DNA of 64,000 nucleotides, from assembly GCF_018350175.1 (NCBI RefSeq), contig NC_058368.1:11904001-11968000 (forward strand). The letters are read 5' to 3'. The notes beneath the pieces are model-generated. The model was not told the DNA's origin. It searched no databases and saw only the letters and a program-made list of their open reading frames with translations. Positions 39,722-50,786 of this stretch are shown here, piece after piece (the stretch's first letter is position 1; every line of letters begins with the position of its first letter). Position numbers and translations under genes: made by a program. Source of the stretch: Felis catus. Its lineage: Eukaryota.

Positions 39722-40929
39722 GTAAGCACCTAAGAAATACCATACTTTACATTTAAGGATTCCATCAAGGCAATGAGATCTAAAATAATGTAACCCAAAA
39801 CATTTAATGTCAGTGAGTGGAAATCAGTGCATACCCGAACAGCCATTTACATCTTCCTGTTCATTTGCTTCTTTATTTTAGATAGGCACTCTATCTTAGG
39901 CTTTCATATTTTAGCTTGTTGGGATACCCTGTATTGGTAGACATAAGCTAAATGTCTGGCAAACTTGAAACTGTTATATTATAGTACAACCATACATTAG
40001 AAGACATAATCATTAAAAATGATGAGGTATGAGCTAATGTGAATTGTTTCCACAATACATTATTGAGTAAAAAAGGCAAAGAATAGAACAGTATTATAGT
40101 ATTTTTGAGTTTTTACAAGGGATTTGTCTTCAGATTGGCTTGTATATGCATAGAAACACACATTTTTGTATTTGGGAGAATACACAACATCTTGTGGTAG
40201 TCTAGTATAGGAAGGAGATTCTATACTTTTTGGTTTGAGTTTCTTTTTCCCGTGCACATGTATAAATTTTTTTGTTTAGAAAAATTGTTTTAAATTTGTA
40301 CTTTCAAATCATGCTCTACAGATTTTCGTCTTAAGAAAGAGGAAAAGAGAAAATAATTCACAGTTTAACTCGTTTTTGTGTAGTACTTAGCAGTTTGTTA
40401 GCAGCAAAGCCTTGCACAGGCCCTAACTGCCACTGATTATTGATTTTGCTTAGTTATTATGAAAGACTGTGCTGTCTTTGCATTGTTCATAACCAATCAA
40501 TAAAGAAAGGATGAGACATTCTAAAATGTCTTATCAGTTTCCTTGTAACGAATAAATTGTCAAATGATATATGCTAGAGAGTGAACAAAAATACATTTAT
40601 AGTGCTTGTTTTAGATTCCTGTATTAATACATATTAGTGGCTGATACTTAAGTCACCTTCACCTATATCATTTGGACATTTTCTAGTGGGATGGCTTCCT
40701 ACTTAACAGGACCAAACCATTTCCAGCAACTCATATCCTAAGTTACTGGTTTTTCTTTTTGGATCTTGGTTATAATCAAAGAAGATCAGTCATTTAGGCT
40801 GAGAGCCTCAACATTGCTTTCGACTTTTTCCCTTTGCTCAGATATTGCTGTGGAGCCTAGTGATCTAATTTGCAACTTTTATTAGATTGCCCTATCGTTT
40901 ATGGAGAAGAGAGGAACTAGAATTGAGAT

Positions 40930-41196
40930 TTAAAAAAAACCAGTTAGGAGTCAGCTAATGGTAATTCAGAGAAGGGATGAAGAGGGAAGAAGATGGTAGT
41001 CAAATGTGGGATTTATTTTGATTTTAGACCCAAATTGTCTTGCTGATGAGGTAGATGTGAATAGTTATGAAAAGGGAATATTTAAAGATGTATCCTAGGG
41101 GGTTTTTTTGCTTGAATGTTTCTATAGGTGGCGGTGCCATTTACTGAGATGTTAGAAGCCTTTGAAGAGGAACAGGCTTTGTGCATGCATGCGCGT

Positions 41197-41234
<38 letters not shown>

Positions 41235-41650
41235 GGGAGATGGGGAAAAGAGGAATGTCCAAATAACTATTTTGGCTGTGTTAAAGTTGAGATGCCTATA
41301 GGAAATTCAAGTGAGTGGGCAGTTGGATATGTGAGTCTAGAGCTCAGAGTAGTTTCTAGGCCAGAGATTGAAATTTAGGATTTAACGATGTATAAATGGT
41401 TTTCAAAGTCACATTAAAGATGAGATCACCTAGGACAGAAGACAGGCTTCATACCAATAAATGAGAGCTTGTGAGCTTGTGCTGTTAATTCATTTACTAA
41501 GTATTTATTGAGTGCCTATTTTATGTCTGGCACTGGTACAAGTGCTTAGTATAAAATAAATACAGTTGGCAAAAGATCCATGCTTACATTCTAGCAGGGG
41601 AAGTTAGTAGAGAATAAACATAATAACTTTAGTGTGTGACAGGGTGTTAA
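40930..41650. mobile_element. LINE-2 fragments
   Basis: ggtgccatttactgagat, aagttgagatgcctat...ggcagttggatat and atttattgagtgcctat motifs. Confidence 0.6.
41195..41228. repeat. (TG)n microsatellite
   Basis: Direct reading. Confidence 0.9.
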
Positions 41651-41666
41651 AAATACAGAGAAGAAA

Positions 41667-41835
41667 GGGGGCCTGGGTGGCTCAGTTAAGTGTCCCATTC
41701 TTGATTTCGGCTCAGGTCATGATCTCATGGTTCGTGAGATTGAGCCCCACGTCAGGCTTTGCGTGGACCACTCTGAGCCTCCTTGGGACTGACTGACTCT
41801 CTCTCTCTCTCAAAATAAATAAAATTTTAAAAAAA
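41667..41835 (+). mobile_element. CAN-SINE
   Basis: ggggcctgggtggctcag head, aataaa tail. Confidence 0.88.
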
Positions 41836-42197
41836 GAACTCAAAGAAGAAAAAGCGGAACTGGGAATATGGGAGAGATAGGTGCGGATTGTAGTAACATA
41901 GGCCAATCCAACTTGCTAACCAGAAAGGTTTTAACTTGCTTTATGTTTCCACTCCAAAATAGAATTTAGTTTTTAAAAAGACTTAGTAAGAAAACTAAAT
42001 TTGTGATTCTTCAAGTTTCTCTATTAAATGTAATTCATTGCTTGTTGGTTTGGTGCTAAATATGATAGAATGAAACAGATACTTTTCGGAAAAGAATGAA
42101 ACTTTTCCTCATATAGCTGTAAAGCTACACTAGGGAACAGGGAAAGCTTTTAAGGTTGTTTCATTGTAATAATAATAACAAATGTCTATATTAAAAG

Positions 42198-42303
42198 GCT
42201 TGATAGCTCTGAAATGGATCACAGTGAAAATGAAGATTATACAATGTCATCGCCTTTGCCAGGAAAAAAAAGTGACAAGAGAGACGACTCTGATCTTGTA
42301 AGG
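42198..42303 (+). CDS. PDS5B: PDS5B exon (~31), (R)LDSSEMDHSENEDYTMSSPLPGKKSDKRDDSDLVR
   Basis: Peptide matches PDS5B; atypical A-rich ttaaaag acceptor; AGG|gtgaga donor; 106 nt. Confidence 0.93.
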
Positions 42304-42577
42304 GTGAGATATTTGGTTTGATTTTATAATTATAATAAAAATTTTACTGTATAAGTAACAATGTTTACACTGAAACCAGTTAACATTACTCTCGAATTTG
42401 ACATTTGATTTTCTCTCAATGATTTTAATCACAAATGTGAGTTCATCATTATCCTCTACCTTGTAATTTAAGTATATTGAATCTCTTGTGTTTCTTGTCA
42501 TTCTAATGAGTGATCTTTATTCTGTAGATCTTGGAAATCAAACATGCCAGTCCCATACTCAGAACTATTTGGGGGTT

Positions 42578-42621
42578 TTTGTTGTTGTTGTTTTGTTGTT
42601 GTTGTTGTTATTGTTGTTGTT
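42578..42621. repeat. imperfect (GTT)n
   Basis: Direct reading. Confidence 0.85.
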
Positions 42622-45595
42622 TAAAACACAGTAAGTTTAGACTTAGCGTTAGAGAAGGGAAGTAGAATGAGGATCCTTAAAGGCTCCTCCATTTTAGATG
42701 CTTTCTTAAGCCTTTCATTACTAAGTAAGCTTCTAGCAAAGGTAGGGAATGCTGCAGTTTTCATAAAGGCTTCTTTTTAAATTTTAATAGCAGTGATAAT
42801 TTGTATGATTAGACTGTTTGTAAATGCCACTTAAAGACAGGTTTGTTAAATTTTAGTACAGATACAGAATACAGTTATGTATTTCTATACATCCTGATAA
42901 CCTTAATAATTGGGCACATTTTGACTTCTAGGTTAGCTTTAAACTTTTGAAAAATTCATGAGGCTCTCTGAATCAGTTTATCGGTAAAATGTGGCTACTT
43001 AGCTGTTAAGGTTTATCAGAATAAATGAATTAGTCCAAGTCAGTTGGTGTTGCTGCTATGTTATCATTACAAAGATCAATATTTTTGAGTAATGATTACT
43101 ATAAAGTAAATGTTAATGCATTTGAAATCTACCCAGTAGAGGTGGAACGTTATTAATAAAATACCTTTGCTTTCTCTGAAATATTACTGCCCTTCTTTTC
43201 TACCACTGGCCCAACATTACATATTCCAAAAAGCTTTAATTATTTTTAATTGTTTTCAAGTTTCTCCAGTAATTTGTTCTGCCAGATTGTTTTTCTTTCC
43301 ACTTAAAAAATTATAATTCTTAAATTCTTACTAAATCCTTACTACTTATACTGTAAATTCTGATTTTTATTGGCTGTTTAAAAATTTTGCCCAAGCAGAA
43401 TTAAAAATTGATCGCTTAGCCAGAAAGGAATCCTGTTATCTGGATATATAGAAGAGAACCTTGAATTGGAAAAGGTATTTATGTCTTCTAGTCCTACTTC
43501 TCACTTAATGCAGAAATTCCTTCACTAGCATTTATGAGTTGTTTACCACGTGCTTAAAAATGCCTTAGGTGGAAAGTTTACAGTTTCTCTCATTTGTTGG
43601 AAACATCAACTCATCAACTAAGCCACCTATACCCACATACTGACCTGCTCCCTTATGTATATCCCCCCCAAATGTGGGAAGCATGGTAGTGATGAATTCT
43701 TAATATTTTGTTATCCTATAAATTCTGTATCTAGTTCTGCCATATTACAGAGCAGTGAAGAGCAAATCTCTCTTTTCCATAGCAAAGTTGTGAAATTTTG
43801 AGCTTTTGATATTTATTTGTATAATTATAATGGAAGCCTTTGGGTGCCTTTTGTGTAACATTGTATCCTTTTTCAGAAATACTATAAGAACCTTATTAAT
43901 ACATATCAACTGAAATATCCTTAAAGAGGTTAGCATTCTGAGACAGAAGTTCAATTTAAAGACCAGTAGATTATAGAGAAAGAGTCCTGTCTTTGTATAT
44001 ACTACCACCTTGATACTAAAACTTCATCACAAAGGAATTATTGTCCATGTACATTTATATTCAAATATTTAGTTTTACAAATAGAATGTTTTCCTTATTT
44101 CCTGCTTTTAACCTCAGTTTTATACTCCCTCTCTTCTTAAGATAATGCAGTGCAAAATGAAAAAGAAACTAGAGAATGTAGTGCTTTAGTAAACTAGCTT
44201 ATTTTATAGTATTCTCAAGAAAGCAGACATTAAATTTCCTGTTTACCACCAACCTTTTCCCGAGTATGAAGGAATTCAGCCACCTTATCACATTTTTGGA
44301 CATTAAAATGAATTGTAAAGTTTAAAACTGGAGGTGATAATTGTAAAGTTAACTTTAATTCAATATTTCTCTTACCTTTGCATCTCTGAGTAACAATAAT
44401 TATTTGTACAAAAATGCAAATAAATGCTAACAAATTAAAACCAGTCACTTATAGGTCTGTTTTTTCTAGAATGTAAGGATAATTTAATGTTAAGAAATCT
44501 TTTAACATAATATATCAAATCAGTATACCAAATAAGAAGAATACTAACAAGATAACTTCAGGTCATGTCAAGAAGATATAAATACAACTTAAAATCCATT
44601 CTTGATACATATGAACTCTTACTAACCTAATACCAGAAGGATACTTCCTTAACATACTAAAAGTTTTATCTGTTTAAATCAGTAATCATTGACTCAGTTA
44701 TTCTTCTTAAATTATTCTTAAATGCAAAATACTTGAAACATTTTAATTAAAAATCAGAAGCAAAACAAGTAATTTGTTGTCATCACTATTATTTAAGATT
44801 GTTCTAGAATGTTTGACAAATTCAGGAAGACATGAAATAGGAATCAAAGGTATGACAGTGAAAAAGAAGAGACAAATTCATTTTTCTTTTGTACTCTTAG
44901 AAAAATAAGAGAAACAATTGAAAAACTAAGTATTTAGTATGGTAGCCAATTAAACATCTATATGTGGTAGATGTATGTATGTGTATAACTAACTTTAGTC
45001 TGGTAATTTTGTTTTATATCAAGTATACATTTGGGGGAAAGGAGATTTGCTTCACCACAGTAACCTCTTCCACAACAAAGCTAGGTAGGTAGGTAGGTAG
45101 ACAGACAGACCGACCGACCGACTGACCAAACAACTGACTGATCAACCTAAACATAGCCTTAAAAAAGTAGGGGGAATCCGTGTGGGGAAAATATCCAAAC
45201 TGAGAAACTTAGAAGACTTGAATAGAAGGAAGACATGCCATGTTCTTTAATGGGAGAAATGAATAAAAACAAATCATGGTTCGTTCTAAATGAATCTATA
45301 TGTAATTATAAAATTCCAGTGTGATTTTAAGTCCATGTGGAAGAATAAATGGTACAAAAGAGGAGTAATAACATCAGCCTAACCAAACACAAATGTATTT
45401 CTTTATTTCTCTATGTTTAGTAAAATATTATGCCATTGTTACAATAGCCCAGAAACATTCTTAATTTTTAAAACCTAATACAAAGTAAAGGAACCATTAT
45501 AAGTCAGTGATTTTTGAAATGATTGAAATACTCTTTGGGGGTGGATGGGAAAGACAATTTAGAATTCCATGTCAAATCCTATCAAGATACGGTAA

Positions 45596-45946
45596 TGTCT
45601 TAGTCTGCTCAAGCTGCCATAACAAAGTATCGTAGACTGGATGGCTAAACAGCAGAAATTAATTTTCTCACCTTTGTGCTGGCCGATTTGCTTCCTGGTG
45701 AGAGTTTCTTTTCCTGGTTTGCAGATGGGCCACCTTCTCACTATTCCTCACATGGTGGAGAAGAGAGACAAAAAGATCTCTCTGGTGTCTCTTTTCATAA
45801 GGGGCTAATTCTGTTATGAGGGCCCCACCCTCATGATCTTATCTCAACTGAAATATCCCCCAAAGGCCCCATCTTCAAATATCATCACATCAGAGGTTCT
45901 AGCTTCAACATATGAATTTTGTAGGGACATAATTCAATCCTTAACA
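45596..45946. mobile_element. MaLR solo LTR (MLT1A/B-like)
   Basis: tgtcttagtctgctcaagctgccataacaaa...ggccccaccctcatga...ggacataattcaatccttaaca. Confidence 0.75.
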
Positions 45947-46916
45947 AATAGGAAATAAAATTTAAATACACACAAAAATATAGAAGAATGTAGATTTAAA
46001 ATACTAAGACTCCACTATACAAATGGACAAAGCATAATACCAATGACATAATTAGCATAATTACCAATGACATAACAAAATGACTAAACAAATCAGATAA
46101 TTTTTGTTGTTTTCTTTCCACTGATTTTTAAGAATGTAAATTGACACAAACTTTTTGGAAATAAAACGCTTGTATTTGTGAGTTTTATACATGCATGTGT
46201 ATGGGAAGCTGTAAGGGCTCATACTGTTCTTGGTTTCTTTGGAGAATTTCCTCAGTCTCCATCTGCCGGTCAGTGCATATATATTCTCTGAATGTAGACT
46301 AGGCTTTTATTTTGAATTTGAGTTTCTGATTAACTAATTTAAATTGTTTTTGTTTTTAATTGGTTGTAGCTGGGAAGAGACAGTATCTTTGATTCAGAAG
46401 TATTTTCAAAATTTTTAATAAATGAATATGTTCAACTTTTGTGCCTTGCAACCTCCATTTATAAAGGAAAAGTAGCTCTTTTATGGTGTCTAAGCATAAT
46501 ATATAACATAGTTGATATTTTGTATCTTATACACTGTGGAATAAAATTAGAATCACTTAATTTGACTATTAAAGCAGATCCATTATACTTTGATATAGTT
46601 ATCCATTATTCAAGCATGGAATTTAAATTTTTTTAAATGAAATAACTCATTAAAATTTAAAGTTTAATAAAATACTGATCTTGAAAGGTGTCAATTTGAG
46701 ACACTCTAGCTCAAGTAAAAATGAAAATTTACCCTCTTAACTCCAGATAACTTTTTAAGTTAAAAGACAAAGTAGTTATGGTTCTGATATACTTAAAGAC
46801 TCTATGTTTTATTTAGGTACAGTTTTATGACAAAAGTGGATAACATTTTCTTGTTTCATTTTTCAAAATATTCATCCTAACAAATTTATATTTGAAATTG
46901 TGGTTTTTATTCCTAG

Positions 46917-47356
46917 TCTGAATTGGACAAGCCTAGAAGCCGGAAAAAAACACCTGTCACGGATTCAGAAGAGAAATTAGGTATGGATGACCTCACTAAG
47001 TTGGTACAGGAACAGAAACCTAAAGGCAGTCAGCGTGGACGGAAGAGAGGCCATACGGCTTCAGAATCAGATGAACAGCAGTGGCCTGAGGAAAAGAGGC
47101 TCAAAGAAGATATATTGGAAAATGAGGATGAACAGAATAGCCCGCCAAAAAAAGGTAAAAGAGGCCGACCACCTAAACCTCTTGGTGGAGGTACACCAAA
47201 AGAAGAACCAACAATGAAAACGTCTAAAAAAGGAACCAAAAAAAAGTCTGGACCTTCAGCACCAGAAGAAGAGGAAGAAGAAGAAAGACAAAGTGGAAAC
47301 ACAGAACAGAAATCAAAGAACAAACAGCACCGAACATCAAGGAGAGCACAACAGAG
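46917..47356 (+). CDS. PDS5B: PDS5B exon (~32), SELDKPRSRKK...KKGKRGRPPK (AT-hook)...RRAQQ(R); charged, low-complexity C-terminal region
   Basis: tcctag acceptor, AG|gtaagt donor; 440 nt; ORF 46923..47360. Confidence 0.97.
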
Positions 47357-47449
47357 GTAAGTGCATGTAACTCTGAACTGCATGTATTTAGTAACTGTGT
47401 TCTAAATCATAATTTGATGCTATCCACATTTGGGTCTTCCCCAAAGCAG

Positions 47450-47557
47450 AGCAGAATCTCCTGAAACTAGTGCAGTTGAATCCACACAATCCACACCACA
47501 GAAAGGACGAGGAAGACCATCAAAAACGCCATCACCATCACAACCAAAAAAAAATGT
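47450..47557 (+). CDS. PDS5B: PDS5B exon (~33), (R)AESPETSAVESTQSTPQKGRGRPSKTPSPSQPKKN(V); second AT-hook-like motif
   Basis: aagcag tandem acceptor after a 93-nt intron; GT|gtaagt donor; 108 nt. Confidence 0.94.
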
Positions 47558-49052
47558 GTAAGTTGTAAATAATATTAAATTTCAAACCAGTTTCAAATTA
47601 TTTTGCGAGAGTTTATCAGTTTTTAAATATACATAGGGCTGTATTTAAAATCCCATATATTTAGTCCCATTATACTAGGTAAGATAAAATTTTTATAAAC
47701 TTACCTAGGTAATTGATATCCCAGTTAACCCTCTGGTAACCTCTGATTACAGCTTTTAGGCAAATCTCTTTAAATGAACACCAAATAGTTTATTATGTCC
47801 AATACAGACTTTATGGTACCTAAAGAGATGAGAAAGTATTTTTAAATAATCACATCATACTGACCAAGTTGCTTGTCTTTCCACACTATAGTTTTTAATA
47901 TCTCTCCTCAGCAACTTTAAAAAAAATAGTTTTTATATTTTTGCTTTTATTCTTTGAATTGTGTAGGAAAGTCACAGGCATTATTTTTCTTTAAATGATA
48001 GCCAAAGAGATTACCACATGTAGATCTGAAGTTTTGGGGGTTTTGGTTTTCTTTCTTTTCTAATCAAATGAACAGATCTGTATCTACATATAAATAGTTG
48101 TGGAAGTTCACACAAGCATATGTTCATGAGAAGATCACAATAACAAATCTGTACCTAAAATTGTTAAAGTAGCAGGAGCGTCAGTGCTGTCATTTGTATA
48201 TTCTGCACTTTTTTCTCAGTTATTTAAGTGGAAGTAGAACAGCATGTCTTCCATTAGTCAGAAATTCTGACTGTAATTCTGAGAGTGACCCCGTTGCACA
48301 CTTACATCACTGCCTTGGCTTTGCAGAGTTGCCAGCACACCTTGGCCAAATACTTAAGTTATCTTGGAAATTTTTCCTCTTCCTGTGTATTCCCCAGGAA
48401 GAGGAAAAGTTGCTTGAGTGTCTAGCTACTTCCTGCCTTTTTCCATGTAATTTTTTCCTCAGGTAAAAAGTAAAGGTAAGTACGTTTTTGTGGCAGCTTT
48501 GTAAATGTGTTTGGATTCAATTACGAAAAGTAGCTATTTTTAAAAAACAAATTCTTAAGGAATATTAAATTCCCACGATTAATTTTCTAATGAGGAAATA
48601 ACAGAAATAGCTTTCAGGCTCATAACTTTAATTAGTTTATATTTGCGCATCAAAAAATTAAGGGCGTAATCATCTAAAATTATACACATCCTCATACAAA
48701 TGGTCTAAACCGAACAAGTATTTCTTTTAAAAATCAGTGCAGAAAAAGACTCTATATTCCATCTTAACAGCATATCTTCCTTTCATGGGGAATCTATTTT
48801 TTTTAAGAACTAGGATAACATACGTTATGATCTGCCTGTTTTTCTTGTTCTGACCTCAGTGGAATTGAGAAAGATTATATTATTTTCCCTGTAATTCTTG
48901 TATTTTCTTCCATTAACTCAGAAAAGCCGAACCAAGTAAAAAAAAAAAAAAAAATTACTTGGTTTGAGTGTGTATTAAGGAATACATATCGTGGATTACC
49001 CAAGAGAAATGATAAACTATAGTCTTAATTAAAAAAAAAAAAAAGTTAATCA

Positions 49053-49264
49053 GGGGCACCTAGGTGTCTCATTCGGTTAAGCATTTGACTCTTGGTTGCT
49101 GTTCAGGTCATGATTCACAGTTTGTGGGTTCAAGACCTACATTAGGCTCCATGCTGACAGTATGGGGGTCTGCTTGGGATTCTCTCCTTTCTTCTGCCCC
49201 TCCCCTGCTTGTGTGCACGTGCTCTCTTTCTTTCTCTCTGTCTCAAAAATTAATTTAAAAAAAG
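49053..49264 (+). mobile_element. CAN-SINE abutting an L1 3' end
   Basis: ggggcacctaggtgtctca head. Confidence 0.85.
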
Positions 49265-49560
49265 TTATCATACGGAGAATAAACTGATGGTTGTCAGAAG
49301 GAAGTGGAGGTGGGAGCATGGGCAAAATGGGTGAAGGGGAGTGGGACATATTGGCTTCCAGTCTGGGAATGAATAAGTCACAGGAATAGAGGGGCATGGC
49401 ATAGGGAATAAGGTCAGTGGTGTCGTAGCAGCGTTATCTGGTGACAGATGGCAGCTACACTTGTGAGCACAGCATATAATATGTAGAAAAGTTGAACCAC
49501 AGTGTTGTGTACGTGAAACTGATGTAACATTGTATGTCCACTATACTCAAAAAAAATTTT
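49265..49560 (+). mobile_element. carnivore LINE-1 3' end
   Basis: aaactgatggttgtcaga...gaatgaataagtcacagg...gaaactgatgtaacattgtatgtc. Confidence 0.75.
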
Positions 49561-49629
49561 TAATTTAAAGAATATACATGCAAATAAATATCAAAAGGGA
49601 TACATTTGATTAAATGGTGGTATCTCTTA

Positions 49630-50400
49630 CATATATTTGATTGCCTCCTATGTTTCAGAGAGTACGAGGTGCTAGAGTTTACAGTGGCTTACAGTGGCAC
49701 AGAATAGACATTATTCTTGTCCTTTTGGGATTAACATCTAAATGGCGTGTAGTCATTACATAATCACACATAAATATGGAATTCTAAATTGTGATCTGTG
49801 CCCTGAGGAAAACTTCAGGGTGCTATAAGAGAACATAATGGGAGGGCTAGGGAATTGGGGAAGTTTTCTCTTTGGAAAGTGAGAACTGATTTCTTGAGAA
49901 TAGTAGGAGTTAGGCTGATAGAGAGAAAGGAGAAGAACACAGCTGGAGGGAACATTGTGCTAAAGGTTCCAGAGTAGGAAAAGTCTTGGCCAATTCAGAG
50001 AGTTTGAAGGAAGGCAAGAATTTGCTGGATTGTAGTTGTAAGGAATTAGGGAGTGGAAAGAGATGAGAATGGACAGATGGCCAACAACTGTCTGCAAGGC
50101 CTTATATATTATGCTAAGAAGGTTTACAGAATTTCTCGCAGTACAGCAGGGAGCTGTCTAGGGGGAGTGAGTGACATCAGCTGTTTTTACATTTTTGGAG
50201 AAGAGGTAAGACGAGAATGGTGTGGAAGTTGTGTGGTAGCAGTAGAGGTGGAGAGAAGTGAATAGATTGGAGATTTCTTTGTAAGAATTATGGGGCCAGA
50301 TGAAGACTGATACGCTATTAAGAAGGACTCTAAATTTTCTGTTTTGAGCAGCTTAGTAGATGCAGATTCCTTTTACTGAGTTGGGAAAGATAAAGAGCAG
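49630..50400. mobile_element. LINE-2 fragment
   Basis: Purine-rich L2-like motifs (gtgctaaaggttccagag, ttttgagcagcttagtagatg). Confidence 0.5.
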
Positions 50401-50647
50401 ACTTTGGGTTATGTTTTATAATCTTTTATTGTCTTGGTTTTTTTTATTACTTGGTCAGTGTGAGATTCTAGGATTAAACACTGGGTTAGGGGTTAGGATA
50501 AGAATAACATTTCTTGTTTTGTAAGGTAATGGAGGATAAAAATGGTAATAAATGAGAATTTATGAAATATTTTGAGCATTTCCTCTGAGGTGATCTACTA
50601 CTTAAAGATCAGAATGTTCATTTTATTTTACCTCTGTTTTACTCTAG

Positions 50648-50786
50648 CCGTGTAGGACGCTCCAAACAAGCAGCTACTAAAGAAAATGATTCAAGTGAAG
50701 AAGTAGATGTGTTTCAGGGTAGCTCTCCTGTCAATGATGATGTTCCACAGGAAGAAACAGAGGAAGAGGAAGTTTCTACAGTAAAT
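50648..50786 (+). CDS. PDS5B: PDS5B exon (~34), (V)RVGRSKQAATKENDSSEEVDVFQGSSPVNDDVPQEETEEEEVSTVN
   Basis: actctag acceptor, AAT|gtatgt donor; 139 nt. Confidence 0.95.

Noticed and set aside
47030..47383. 117-aa antisense ORF and 76-aa alternative-frame ORF (46987..47217) over exon 32
   Set aside because: Expected by-products of a purine-rich coding exon; no independent gene evidence
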